From contig JBFLWQ010000005.1 in assembly GCA_040757775.1 (NCBI GenBank), forward strand, positions 8,295 to 72,294: DNA of 64,000 nt. The letters are read 5' to 3'. This document shows positions 43,887-53,100 of the stretch, one piece after another. The number at the start of each line of letters is the position of its first letter. Position 1 is the stretch's first letter. The position numbers and the translations under genes are program-made. The DNA comes from Thermodesulfobacteriota bacterium. Its GTDB lineage: Bacteria > Desulfobacterota > UBA8473. A model generated the notes under the pieces. It was not told where the DNA came from. It saw only the letters and a list, made by a program, of their open reading frames with translations, and made no database searches.

Positions 43887-45216
43887 CCTTGCCCTCAAAG
43901 TAGAGAATCTTTCAAAGCTATACAGGATTGGTTCGCGTCAACAAAGCTACAAAACACTGCGCGACACCCTGACCCACGTCATGTATGCGCCCATTCGTCG
44001 CATCCGCTCAACGCTCGGTTATTCCTCCTCAGTCGTCCGTCCTCGGTCATCTGGCGTCTGTAACGACACCATTTGGGCATTGAAAGACGTCTCCTTTGAA
44101 ATAAAGCCCGGAGAGGTTGTCGGTATTATCGGCCGCAATGGTGCAGGGAAAACCACACTTCTGAAGATTCTTTCAAGAATTACAGAGCCAACGGAGGGAT
44201 ATGCTCAAATATATGGCAGGGTTGGATCGTTATTAGAGGTCGGTACAGGCTTTCATCCCGAACTGACCGGACGTGAAAACATCTACCTTAACGGCGCAAT
44301 TTTAGGGATGAAAAGGGTAGAGATTGAACGTAAGTTTGATGAGATTGTTGATTTTTCAGGCATGGAAAGATTTATTGATACACCCACAAAGTATTTCTCC
44401 AGTGGAATGCAGGTACGCCTGGCGTTTTCAATAGCAGCCCATCTGGAACCAGAAATTCTTTTAGTAGATGAGGTATTGGCTGTCGGGGATGCAGAGTTTC
44501 AAAAAAAGTGTATTGGGAAAATGCATAGCGTTACTGAAGAAGGGCGGACAGTGTTGTTTGTAAGCCATAATATGACAGCAATTCATAACCTGTGCAGCCG
44601 CACTATATTAATTGATAATGGCAAATTAATTCTGGACGGACACACGGAATATGTTATTAATAAATATCTGGATCAAAATCTGGCGGAGGGCGCTATTGTC
44701 ACCTGTAAAGAACTCGACGGAAAAGTAGAGGGGGTAATACGGAAATATGACCCTTCAATTCAGTTCAAGGAAATTGCTATAACGGATCAGAAGGCTATAC
44801 CCTGTAATGCATTTCATTCAGATGAGGGGCTCAGAGTTTCCGTTACTTATGAATGTCTGACTGTAGTCAACGACTTACGAGTTATCGTACAGATTGTGGA
44901 TGATGAAAATAGAGCCATCTTGACTACGCAGAACATTGATGACTCCGATGAAGAAAGTCTCTACTGGAAAAATCCTGGTATCTACAGGTCGTTCTGTACT
45001 ATTCCTCCGAACACCTTTGGGGAAAAGCGATTCTATATTTCTGTGCAGTTAGAGAATCCAAAAGTCGAGCATTTAATTATCAATAAAATTTTGGGTTTTG
45101 ACATTCAATTTGTAGGCTATCAAAATATACATGGCGCTCATTGGAATTCGTTCTTACGGCCTCGGCTTAGTTGGGAAACACAAGTCCTGGAGGTTAAAGA
45201 AGAAACTATTGCATAG
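43879..45216 (+). CDS. wzt: polysaccharide/O-antigen ABC transporter ATP-binding protein with C-terminal extension
   Basis: 445 aa, Walker A GRNGAGKTTLLK, signature FSSGMQVRLAFS, Walker B ILLVDEVLAVGD. A roughly 190-aa C-terminal beta-rich domain resembles a Wzt glycan-binding domain. Confidence 0.88.
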   Translation: MTDLALKVENLSKLYRIGSRQQSYKTLRDTLTHVMYAPIRRIRSTLGYSSSVVRPRSSGVCNDTIWALKDVSFEIKPGEVVGIIGRNGAGKTTLLKILSRITEPTEGYAQIYGRVGSLLEVGTGFHPELTGRENIYLNGAILGMKRVEIERKFDEIVDFSGMERFIDTPTKYFSSGMQVRLAFSIAAHLEPEILLVDEVLAVGDAEFQKKCIGKMHSVTEEGRTVLFVSHNMTAIHNLCSRTILIDNGKLILDGHTEYVINKYLDQNLAEGAIVTCKELDGKVEGVIRKYDPSIQFKEIAITDQKAIPCNAFHSDEGLRVSVTYECLTVVNDLRVIVQIVDDENRAILTTQNIDDSDEESLYWKNPGIYRSFCTIPPNTFGEKRFYISVQLENPKVEHLIINKILGFDIQFVGYQNIHGAHWNSFLRPRLSWETQVLEVKEETIA

Positions 45217-45326
45217 CTGACAGAATGACATTGGTTAATCACATGTGGCACAGGCTTGTGGTCCTTGGAGTCTACCCAAATCAGCCTGCATAAATATCAC
45301 ACAAAGAGATAATTAGGAGTACCAAT

Positions 45327-46325
45327 TTGGGACGTGGTCCAACGAAAAAATATTATAAAGTATTAAATGAAAATTATGTTGAAGGAAGTTTGACATGCCT
45401 GAAACCAGAAGTAATCAAAGAGAAAATCACGGCTGATTTCCCGTTGGTTTTAAACATAGAACCTACCAATGCTTGTAATGCTAAATGTTATTATTGTCCT
45501 CATGATAAAGTCGTTGACACCCAAGGGATTAATTATTTAAGTTTGGATGATTACATAAGAGTGATTGACCAAATTAAGGACAATAAGCTTATTATGTTGA
45601 ATCTTCATAAAGATGGAGAACCTTTGTTACATAATGATCTTCCGAAGATGGTTGAGTATGTTAAACAAAAGGATGCTGCTCAAGTAATACATCTTAATAC
45701 TAATGGCATATTGCTCAATTCAAAGACCGGGCGCGGAATTATTGAGATGGAAATTGATGATATTACAGTCAGTTTTGATGCAGTTCGGGAAGAAACCTAT
45801 TGCCGGTTTAAGGGGATAAAAGGTCTGGATAAGCTGGAAGATAATATCAAAAGAGCTATTGAATATAGGGAAAATATTGGTAGTAAAACTAAAATACGAG
45901 TTAAAATTATGGAATTTGATGATATAGAAAAAGAGGAAATTGAACTTTTTGTCGAGAAGTGGTCTGTTATTGCTGACGAAGTACAGGTGACAGGTATTCA
46001 CAGTTGGAGTGGAGCTGTTGATATTAAAGTAACAGATGAGCAGACTGATAATAGATTTCCGTGTGCATTGCTTTGGTATATGCTTGCCGTAAACAGCAAT
46101 GGGAAAGTAAGCATGTGTAATGTAGATTGGAATTATTCTGGTGTTGTTGGGAATATCCATAACCAAAGCATTCACGAAATCTGGAATGGGGAACCTCTAA
46201 TTAATATCCGTAGAGCACATCTAAACGGAATTTGGGATTGCCCTCCGGTGTGTGAGGAATGTGTTGTTTGGGTAAGCGTTGGAAATTTATGGGATTATTT
46301 AAAATCAAAAGAAGAGTTTGTTTGA
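45327..46325 (+). CDS. radical SAM protein with SPASM/twitch-like C-terminal Cys cluster
   Basis: 332 aa, TTG start 6 nt after AGGAG. CxxxCxxC appears in EPTNACNAKCYYCPH. The C-terminus has C-x12-G-x4-C (CALLWYMLAVNSNGKVSMC) and CPPVCEEC. Confidence 0.8.
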   Translation: MGRGPTKKYYKVLNENYVEGSLTCLKPEVIKEKITADFPLVLNIEPTNACNAKCYYCPHDKVVDTQGINYLSLDDYIRVIDQIKDNKLIMLNLHKDGEPLLHNDLPKMVEYVKQKDAAQVIHLNTNGILLNSKTGRGIIEMEIDDITVSFDAVREETYCRFKGIKGLDKLEDNIKRAIEYRENIGSKTKIRVKIMEFDDIEKEEIELFVEKWSVIADEVQVTGIHSWSGAVDIKVTDEQTDNRFPCALLWYMLAVNSNGKVSMCNVDWNYSGVVGNIHNQSIHEIWNGEPLINIRRAHLNGIWDCPPVCEECVVWVSVGNLWDYLKSKEEFV

Positions 46326-46344
46326 TATTTCCTGAGGTTTCTTT

Positions 46345-46986
46345 ATGGAGATCAGCATTGTAATTACATGTCATAATTATGCACGCTACTTAGGAAGAGC
46401 CATTAGAAGTGCAATGAACCAATCTTACCCAAAGAATAATTACGAAATTTTGGTAATAAATGATGCCTCTACTGATGAAACAAAAGAAGTTATGGACTCC
46501 TTTATGGGATATATAAGGCCGATACACCTTATAGAAAATGCTGGACTCTCCGCGGCTAGAAATATTGGGATAAAGAGAGCAGTCGGTAGATATGTTGTAC
46601 ATGTAGATGCTGACGATTATATAGGAGAACATCTCATACTAATCGAATCCCTGTTTTTGAAGCAATATAAGGATTGGGATGCAGTAAGCTGTGATTATGA
46701 CTTGATTGATGATGAAGGTAATGTTCTGGAAACAAAAAGCAGCAGAGAAGAACCAATAGCCTGCGGAATTATGTTCAAAAAAGACAAATTATTTGACATT
46801 GGACTTTACGACCCAAAATTTAAAGCAATGGAAGATGTGGAACTAAGACGAAGATTTGAAGAAAGATATACAATAGGCAATGTAAATCTTTCTCTTTATA
46901 GGTACAGGAGACACGATAAAAACCTGACCAATAACAAACAAAAAATGGATTACTATTCTAAACTATTGAATGGAGAAACGAGATAA
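46345..46986 (+). CDS. family 2 glycosyltransferase
   Basis: 213 aa, ISIVITCHNYARYL...ILVINDASTDET...HVDADD (DxD). Confidence 0.85.
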   Translation: MEISIVITCHNYARYLGRAIRSAMNQSYPKNNYEILVINDASTDETKEVMDSFMGYIRPIHLIENAGLSAARNIGIKRAVGRYVVHVDADDYIGEHLILIESLFLKQYKDWDAVSCDYDLIDDEGNVLETKSSREEPIACGIMFKKDKLFDIGLYDPKFKAMEDVELRRRFEERYTIGNVNLSLYRYRRHDKNLTNNKQKMDYYSKLLNGETR

Positions 46987-47054
46987 TTGGAAGGATCATC
47001 AATTATCATTATAATTGGTTATTTCTTAAATCTTATTTCGTAGAGAATTATATC

Positions 47055-49142
47055 TTGCGTATGAATGACAGTAAACAACATATTGCTGCTCTGATCCAAG
47101 CTCGAATGAGATCTACTCGTCTGCCTGGCAAAGTCATGGCTGAGGTTGTTGATCGTCCTGTGATCTGGCATGTTGTACGCCGTGCCAAGGATATAGAGTC
47201 AGTGAATGACGTTATCGTTGTTACTTCAAAGAAGCCGGATGATGATATAATAGAAAAATTCTGTATGGAGCATAGAATAAAATGTTTCAGGGGAAGCGAG
47301 GAAGATGTTCTCGACCGATATTATCAAGCGGCAAAACATTTCGGCATAAAAACTATAGTGAGAATTACGGCTGATTGTCCTATGTTAGATCCGGTAATAG
47401 TAAACCAGGCTATAAAGGAATATTTGGTTGGGGGTTACGACTACGTGAGTACGGCTTACCCTGAAGCCTCATATCCTGACGGACTAGACACAGAAGTCTT
47501 TTCCTTTCAGACTCTTGAATCAGCCTGGCGAGATGCCCGTCTGCCCTCTGAGAGAGAGCATGTTACACCTTTTATATGGAAAAACGAGAAGGGAAGGTTC
47601 AGAATAGGCAACATAAACCATTCTCCGAATCTTTCTGACAAACGGTGGACATTAGATGACGAGACTGACCTGCAATTCATCCGAGAAATATATACTAAAC
47701 TTTACAAAGAGGATAGCATCTTCTACATGGGGGACGTTCTTAAACTACTGGAAAAACATCCAGAGTTGGAGTCTATTAATTCAGGTACTAAGAGGAACGA
47801 GGGCTATCTAAAGTCTCTTGAAGAGGATATTATTAAAATGTCAGATGGAGAGGAAACGTCACTTAATGTGTCGGAGTCATTGCGTCTCTTTGAGCAGGCC
47901 AAAAAAATTATTCCATCTTGTACCCAGACGTTTAGCAAAGGATGGACTCAATATCCATTTGGAGTCTCTCCCATATTTGTCAGCAGGGCAGATAAAGGTC
48001 ATGTATGGGACGTAGATGGAAATGAATACATCGACTGGCCAATGGCCCTGGGCCCCATAATATTAGGGCATAATTATCCAACAGTTATTGAAGCAGTGAA
48101 AGAACAGCTAAATAACGGAGTAGCTTTTTCACTTCCTCACATGAAAGAGTTGAATCTCGCTGAAAAATTATGTCAATGGTTCCCATATGCCGAGATGGTA
48201 CGTTTTGGTAAAAACGGCTCCGATGCAACAGCAGGGGCTATACGGGCAGCCAGAGCATATACTGGAAAGGATGTAATCCTTTGCTGCGGTTACCATGGCT
48301 GGCAGGATTGGTATATTGGAACCACCACTCGCTCTGCAGGGGTTCCCAAAACGGTTCGCGATTTAACTGTCCCATTTCCATATAATGACATTAATACTTT
48401 AGAGAGGTTTTTGAAGCAATACAAGGGAAAGGTGGCTGCTGTGATTATGGAGCCTGTAGGAGTCATTTTCCCTGATAAAGAATACCTTTATAAGGTAAGA
48501 GAATTAGTTCATGCTCATGCTGCGTTATTGATATTTGACGAATGCTGGACAGGTTTTCGCTTACATAAACAAGGGGCATACGGTTATTTTGGTGTGTCAC
48601 CGGATATGGCCTGTTTTGGAAAGGCAATGGGTAATGGATTTCCGATATCTGCAATAGTAGGAAGAGCAGATATTATGACTATCTTTGATGAGATATTTTT
48701 TTCATTCACCTTTGGAGGAGATGTTGTTGGTTTAACTGCCGCTTTAGATGTCTTAAAGACAATAGAAGAAAGACCTGTTTTAGAGACAATAGAAAAGCGC
48801 GGCAAGATATTGATAGATGGGATTATTCAGCTTATTACTGAATATGAATTACAGAGCCATATTGGTCTACAGGGTTATCCTGCAAGAAACATTATGACAT
48901 TTGTCAATGATGGTTATGACGGCTTGCTCCTGAAAAGCGTAGTGCAACAAGAAGCTATTAAGCAGGGTATTCTATGTGGTGGATATCATGTGGTAACCTA
49001 TAGTCATACGGAAAAAGATATAAACGATACTATCTCTGCCTATAAGAAAATATTCGCAATATTAAAGGGGGCGATAGATTCGAAGAATCTGAGGTCACTT
49101 CTTAAAGGGAAAATGGTGAAACCAGTTTTCCGCAAGTTTTGA
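47055..49142 (+). CDS. fusion protein: SpsF/NeuA-like cytidylyltransferase + class III (GSA-aminomutase-like) PLP aminotransferase
   Basis: 695 aa. The N-terminal ~245 aa read AALIQARMRSTRLPGKV...VVTS...ITADCPMLDP. The C-terminal ~430 aa read ...FGKNGSDATAGAIRAARAYTG...IFDEC.TGFR...CFGKAMGNGFPISA (PLP Lys). The start could be TTG 47055 or ATG 47061. Confidence 0.8.
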   Translation: MRMNDSKQHIAALIQARMRSTRLPGKVMAEVVDRPVIWHVVRRAKDIESVNDVIVVTSKKPDDDIIEKFCMEHRIKCFRGSEEDVLDRYYQAAKHFGIKTIVRITADCPMLDPVIVNQAIKEYLVGGYDYVSTAYPEASYPDGLDTEVFSFQTLESAWRDARLPSEREHVTPFIWKNEKGRFRIGNINHSPNLSDKRWTLDDETDLQFIREIYTKLYKEDSIFYMGDVLKLLEKHPELESINSGTKRNEGYLKSLEEDIIKMSDGEETSLNVSESLRLFEQAKKIIPSCTQTFSKGWTQYPFGVSPIFVSRADKGHVWDVDGNEYIDWPMALGPIILGHNYPTVIEAVKEQLNNGVAFSLPHMKELNLAEKLCQWFPYAEMVRFGKNGSDATAGAIRAARAYTGKDVILCCGYHGWQDWYIGTTTRSAGVPKTVRDLTVPFPYNDINTLERFLKQYKGKVAAVIMEPVGVIFPDKEYLYKVRELVHAHAALLIFDECWTGFRLHKQGAYGYFGVSPDMACFGKAMGNGFPISAIVGRADIMTIFDEIFFSFTFGGDVVGLTAALDVLKTIEERPVLETIEKRGKILIDGIIQLITEYELQSHIGLQGYPARNIMTFVNDGYDGLLLKSVVQQEAIKQGILCGGYHVVTYSHTEKDINDTISAYKKIFAILKGAIDSKNLRSLLKGKMVKPVFRKF

Positions 49143-49152
49143 AAAACAATAG

Positions 49153-50904
49153 TTGAAAGCACATATGCCCCGTAATAACGAATTTAAGTTGATTTCAGGT
49201 GTGTTGCCAATTGTACTGGCATTGATTGGCATTGTGATGATTGCTACTTCTCTAGTCGCTGATTGGCTTGGCATTGGCAGCCAGCCAGGATTTGGGGAAA
49301 AACAAGTCCTGCTGATATTTGTTGGAAGCCTTATCTTGCTCGTTTCCTTGCGTTTTTGCACAGGCAAAGAGATCTTTTTATTTCTGTTGCCCCTTCTTCC
49401 CTTTCTTTTTTTTGCCTATCTTTTTTATAATGTTACTGTTGAAGATACTTTCATAACTTTCAGGTATGCTTCACATCTGGCGAACGGCCACGGACTAGTG
49501 TGGAATATAGGGGAAACCCCCTTAGAGGGATATACGAGTTTTCTGTGGATTACAATATTATCGATTTTTAGTAAGTTAGGTCTAGATTTGTTCCACGTAT
49601 CTAAAATCATAGGAATAGCCTTTGGCCTAGCAACAATTATCGCCGTATATTTTGCAGCTTACAATTTATCTGGTTCTATAAAGGCAGCTCAGGTAGCCAG
49701 CATCATATGTGCAGTTTCACCATCTGTGGCTTTTCATAGTGTAACGGGCATGGATACAATAGCCTTCACTTTTTTTGTCACCCTTCAAATAGCACTCGCC
49801 TTTAGTCTTATTAACGATTTTTCTATAAAAAAGGAGGCGTTGCTATATGTTTTATTCTTGTTAACCGGATTAGCACGCCCTGAAGGTGTGCTTATAGCAA
49901 TTGTAGTTTTGTCGTTCCTTTGGGCAGGGCACCGCCCTTCTACCATTGTTCTTTTGCTTTTCTTTGTTTTACCCGGACTAGTGTATATGATTTGGCGTTA
50001 TAGTTATTTTGGTCCTTATCTTTTCCCTAATTCCTTTTATTATAAAGCGAGCAGCCAGCTTCTTGTACAATCATCAGTGGATTCAATAAAGAGATTTCTG
50101 TTCTTTTCCTGCAGCCCGTTTCTCATATTGGGTGTGGAGCATCTAATAGCAGCGAACAAGCTTTCAAGGAAATATATACTCATACCAATTATAATAGCCT
50201 TATTTCTGATTCCTTACATTAGAGTGAATCTGTGGATGGGCTATTTAGACAGATTCTTCATCCCAATATATCCTTTGGTAATAGTATTTGCTGCCCCCAG
50301 AATAAGTGAGTTGTTGGCCAAAGTAACCTTTGATCGTGTAAGACTTATCCACTCGTTGTTTAGCCTTTGTGTTATTATCGCTTTCATTGGTTACCCTCTA
50401 ATTGTCCCCGAGCGAACGGTTGGCTATTCTAAGGTGCTTGCCGATCAAAGTAGAATTGGTTATGAAAATGCCCACATTAAAATAGGGAATATACTGAAGA
50501 GATTTTCCAACAATAATGACTATACCCTGGCTGTGACTGAAGCAGGGGCAATACCTTTTTACTCGGGATGGAGAACTATTGATACAGGTGGGCTCAATGA
50601 TAAATATCAGACAGAATACTTAGCACAACATGGAGGGAGATTAAATCTTAACTATATTTATGATCAACGTCCTGAGATAATTATTGTAGTTACTAAAGAC
50701 CCTGAGCGTATTACCTACCCACTGGATAGACAAATAGTGGAAGACCCTAGAATAAAGAATTATGAGTTCTTAGGACGATACATTTCTTGGTTCGGAGCTT
50801 GGGAAATATGGGAATGGACGGTTGTTTACATGAGAAGGGATGCAAAGGATCTCAACCAGTTGAAGATGGAACTGAAAAAGCATGCGGATGTAAAGGCGCC
50901 TTAG
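49153..50904 (+). CDS. large polytopic membrane protein, GT-C-like (ArnT/PMT-type) glycosyltransferase candidate
   Basis: 583 aa with at least 10 predicted TM segments. Conserved-looking loop EDTFITFRYASHLANGHGLVWNIGETPLEGYTSFLW after TM2, plus a soluble C-terminal domain. Confidence 0.5.
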   Translation: MKAHMPRNNEFKLISGVLPIVLALIGIVMIATSLVADWLGIGSQPGFGEKQVLLIFVGSLILLVSLRFCTGKEIFLFLLPLLPFLFFAYLFYNVTVEDTFITFRYASHLANGHGLVWNIGETPLEGYTSFLWITILSIFSKLGLDLFHVSKIIGIAFGLATIIAVYFAAYNLSGSIKAAQVASIICAVSPSVAFHSVTGMDTIAFTFFVTLQIALAFSLINDFSIKKEALLYVLFLLTGLARPEGVLIAIVVLSFLWAGHRPSTIVLLLFFVLPGLVYMIWRYSYFGPYLFPNSFYYKASSQLLVQSSVDSIKRFLFFSCSPFLILGVEHLIAANKLSRKYILIPIIIALFLIPYIRVNLWMGYLDRFFIPIYPLVIVFAAPRISELLAKVTFDRVRLIHSLFSLCVIIAFIGYPLIVPERTVGYSKVLADQSRIGYENAHIKIGNILKRFSNNNDYTLAVTEAGAIPFYSGWRTIDTGGLNDKYQTEYLAQHGGRLNLNYIYDQRPEIIIVVTKDPERITYPLDRQIVEDPRIKNYEFLGRYISWFGAWEIWEWTVVYMRRDAKDLNQLKMELKKHADVKAP

Positions 50905-51092
50905 TAGTAGGGCAAGTCACATGCGCACAGGCGGTTTGAATTATGCACAGTAGCTTACCTTCTGAGAAATGGAGGCATGGCGGTGGTTGACAACATGGAC
51001 TTGTCAGGAGGGGCATTTGAGGAATTGTTGCTGCAAGCTGGATTAAACGGTTATGCATACGGAGATTTAACCGGGAGAAGGATGAATATGCC

Positions 51093-52124
51093 ATGAAAGC
51101 TCTCATAACAGGTGGAGCCGGGTTTATCGGATGCAATTTGACTGACCGGTTGTTCACCCAGAAACAGTCGGTTACCATCTTTGACAATCTCTCACGCCCG
51201 GGCACACCACAGAATATAGCCTGGCTACGTGAACGCCATCCAAACCAAGTACATCTGATCGAGGGAGACGTTCGGGACGTCCAGTTGGTTGCTCGTGCAT
51301 GTCAGGGAGTAGACATTATCTATCACCTGGCGGCTCAGACTGCTGTGACAACATCCGTCAAGGATCCGAGGACCGACTTTGAGATCAATGCCCTTGGAAC
51401 TCTGAACGTCCTTGAAGCTGCACGAACTTGTGGTTCAAATCCAATCGTTATCTTTGCTTCTACAAACAAGGTGTACGGCCAACTGGAAAATATAACAACT
51501 GAGAAGCAAGCAACACGCTACGTTTACAAGGATAGACTCTACGGCGTAGATGAGACGCAAATGCTCGATTTTCATTCACCTTACGGGTGCTCCAAAGGAG
51601 CAGCAGACCAATACGTTCGCGATTATGCGCGCATCTATGGATTGCGCACGGTTGTTTTCCGCCAATCTTGCATCTACGGTCCTAGGCAGTTTGGTATAGA
51701 GGACCAGGGTTGGGTGGCATGGTTTATTATTTCTTCTGTGTTGGGTAATCGGATTACAATCTACGGCGACGGCAGGCAGGTGCGAGATTTACTACATATC
51801 AACGACTTGCTTGATGCCTTTGAAGTAGCTAGAGCCAAGATTGAGATATCAGCGGGTCAGGTGTATAACATTGGCGGGGGTTATGACAATTCCTTGTCCA
51901 TTTGGCTGGAGTTTGGCCCACTTCTCGAAGAACTTCTGGGACAAACCATTGAGATTTACTACGCGGATTGGCGACTAGGTGATCAGCGGGTTTATATTAG
52001 CAACTGTCAAAAGGCAATCAACGACCTTAGATGGCAACCGCGCATTGGTATACGAGAAGGCATCAAGGATCTGATAGCCTGGGTCAAGTGTAATCGTTCG
52101 CTCTTTGAGGAGGTATTTTGCTGA
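51093..52124 (+). CDS. NAD-dependent sugar epimerase (CDP-paratose 2-epimerase-like SDR)
   Basis: 343 aa, MKALITGGAGFIGCNL, SPYGCSKGAADQY (YxxxK), SCIYGPRQFGIEDQGWVAWF. Noticeably higher GC than its neighbours. Confidence 0.75.
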   Translation: MKALITGGAGFIGCNLTDRLFTQKQSVTIFDNLSRPGTPQNIAWLRERHPNQVHLIEGDVRDVQLVARACQGVDIIYHLAAQTAVTTSVKDPRTDFEINALGTLNVLEAARTCGSNPIVIFASTNKVYGQLENITTEKQATRYVYKDRLYGVDETQMLDFHSPYGCSKGAADQYVRDYARIYGLRTVVFRQSCIYGPRQFGIEDQGWVAWFIISSVLGNRITIYGDGRQVRDLLHINDLLDAFEVARAKIEISAGQVYNIGGGYDNSLSIWLEFGPLLEELLGQTIEIYYADWRLGDQRVYISNCQKAINDLRWQPRIGIREGIKDLIAWVKCNRSLFEEVFC

Positions 52125-52999
52125 TGGGCTATGTTGATAATATCACCGCAACAGTTTGTACACTAAACGAGGAGGATAACATTGCCGAATGTTTAGAGAC
52201 CATAGCTCGCAATAACCCGCGTGAGATTATCGTGGTTGATGGGGGATCGGAAGATGCAACGGTACATGTTGCTAAGCGCTTTACTGACAAAGTCTATGTC
52301 GTGGGGCGCAAGGGATTGGCTTTTCAACGCCAGTATGCGGTTGATCATGCCACTGGCAAGTATGTAGGAATTTTTGACTCAGATCACCGACTATCAGAAG
52401 GTTGCCTTGAGAAATTGGCAGAAGAACTTGAAGCCAACGGATATGACGGCATCGAAGCCCAAGTTCTCAGTGTGCAGAACACGAACTATTGGGATTGGGC
52501 GATGGACCAAAACGTTAAGCTGACTCACAATATCCCCGGTCCGCGGATCATGATCGGCACTCCTTGCCTATATTGTACGGAAGTACTGCGGAAGGTACGC
52601 TTTGATCCGTTCTTTACAGCAGCAAGTGATGACACTGATCTCTGCTATCGCCTAGTGAAAGCCGGTTACAAACTTGGAGTAGGAACTCCCATAGTCTATC
52701 ACAAGCATCGCAGTTCGTTCAGCCAGTTCATTCGAAAGTGGCAATGGTATGGGAAGGGTGATGCTCAGTTCTTCTGGAAACACTCCGAGAGGCGATGGAG
52801 CATCTTCAGCCATCCTATTCGCAACTATGTCATTGGTCGTAGCATAAAGAGTTTGAAAGCAGGGAAACCACAGCTTGTCCTTTTCTTCGTCATCTGTGGT
52901 CTCAGTCGGCACTATGGCTTCTGGAGGCAGTTTCTCTCGATGCTTGTTAGTAGAGTGACTACCGGGGAGGTCGAAGATCGAAGCATATACAAGACCTAA
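52118..52999 (+). CDS. family 2 glycosyltransferase with C-terminal membrane-associated region
   Basis: 293 aa, ATVCTLNEEDNIAECL...IIVVDGGSEDAT...FDSDH. 7-nt overlap with the epimerase gene. Confidence 0.75.
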   Translation: MLMGYVDNITATVCTLNEEDNIAECLETIARNNPREIIVVDGGSEDATVHVAKRFTDKVYVVGRKGLAFQRQYAVDHATGKYVGIFDSDHRLSEGCLEKLAEELEANGYDGIEAQVLSVQNTNYWDWAMDQNVKLTHNIPGPRIMIGTPCLYCTEVLRKVRFDPFFTAASDDTDLCYRLVKAGYKLGVGTPIVYHKHRSSFSQFIRKWQWYGKGDAQFFWKHSERRWSIFSHPIRNYVIGRSIKSLKAGKPQLVLFFVICGLSRHYGFWRQFLSMLVSRVTTGEVEDRSIYKT

Positions 53000-53100
53000 C
53001 TGGACTTTTGCAAAAGGGCTACCCTATAATACGATTGAGCGGAAAAAGTCTATGGACGTTGAAGCCTTGAGCAGCACAAACTGCCTGCTAACCGGAGACT

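Noticed and set aside
45225-45293. A 22-codon ORF (MTLVNHMWHRLVVLGVYPNQPA) just upstream of the radical SAM/SPASM gene, considered as a possible RiPP precursor.
   Set aside because: It has no Shine-Dalgarno sequence and no Cys or other obvious crosslinking residues. There is no leader-like motif, and no protease or exporter typical of RiPP clusters. It cannot be supported from sequence alone.
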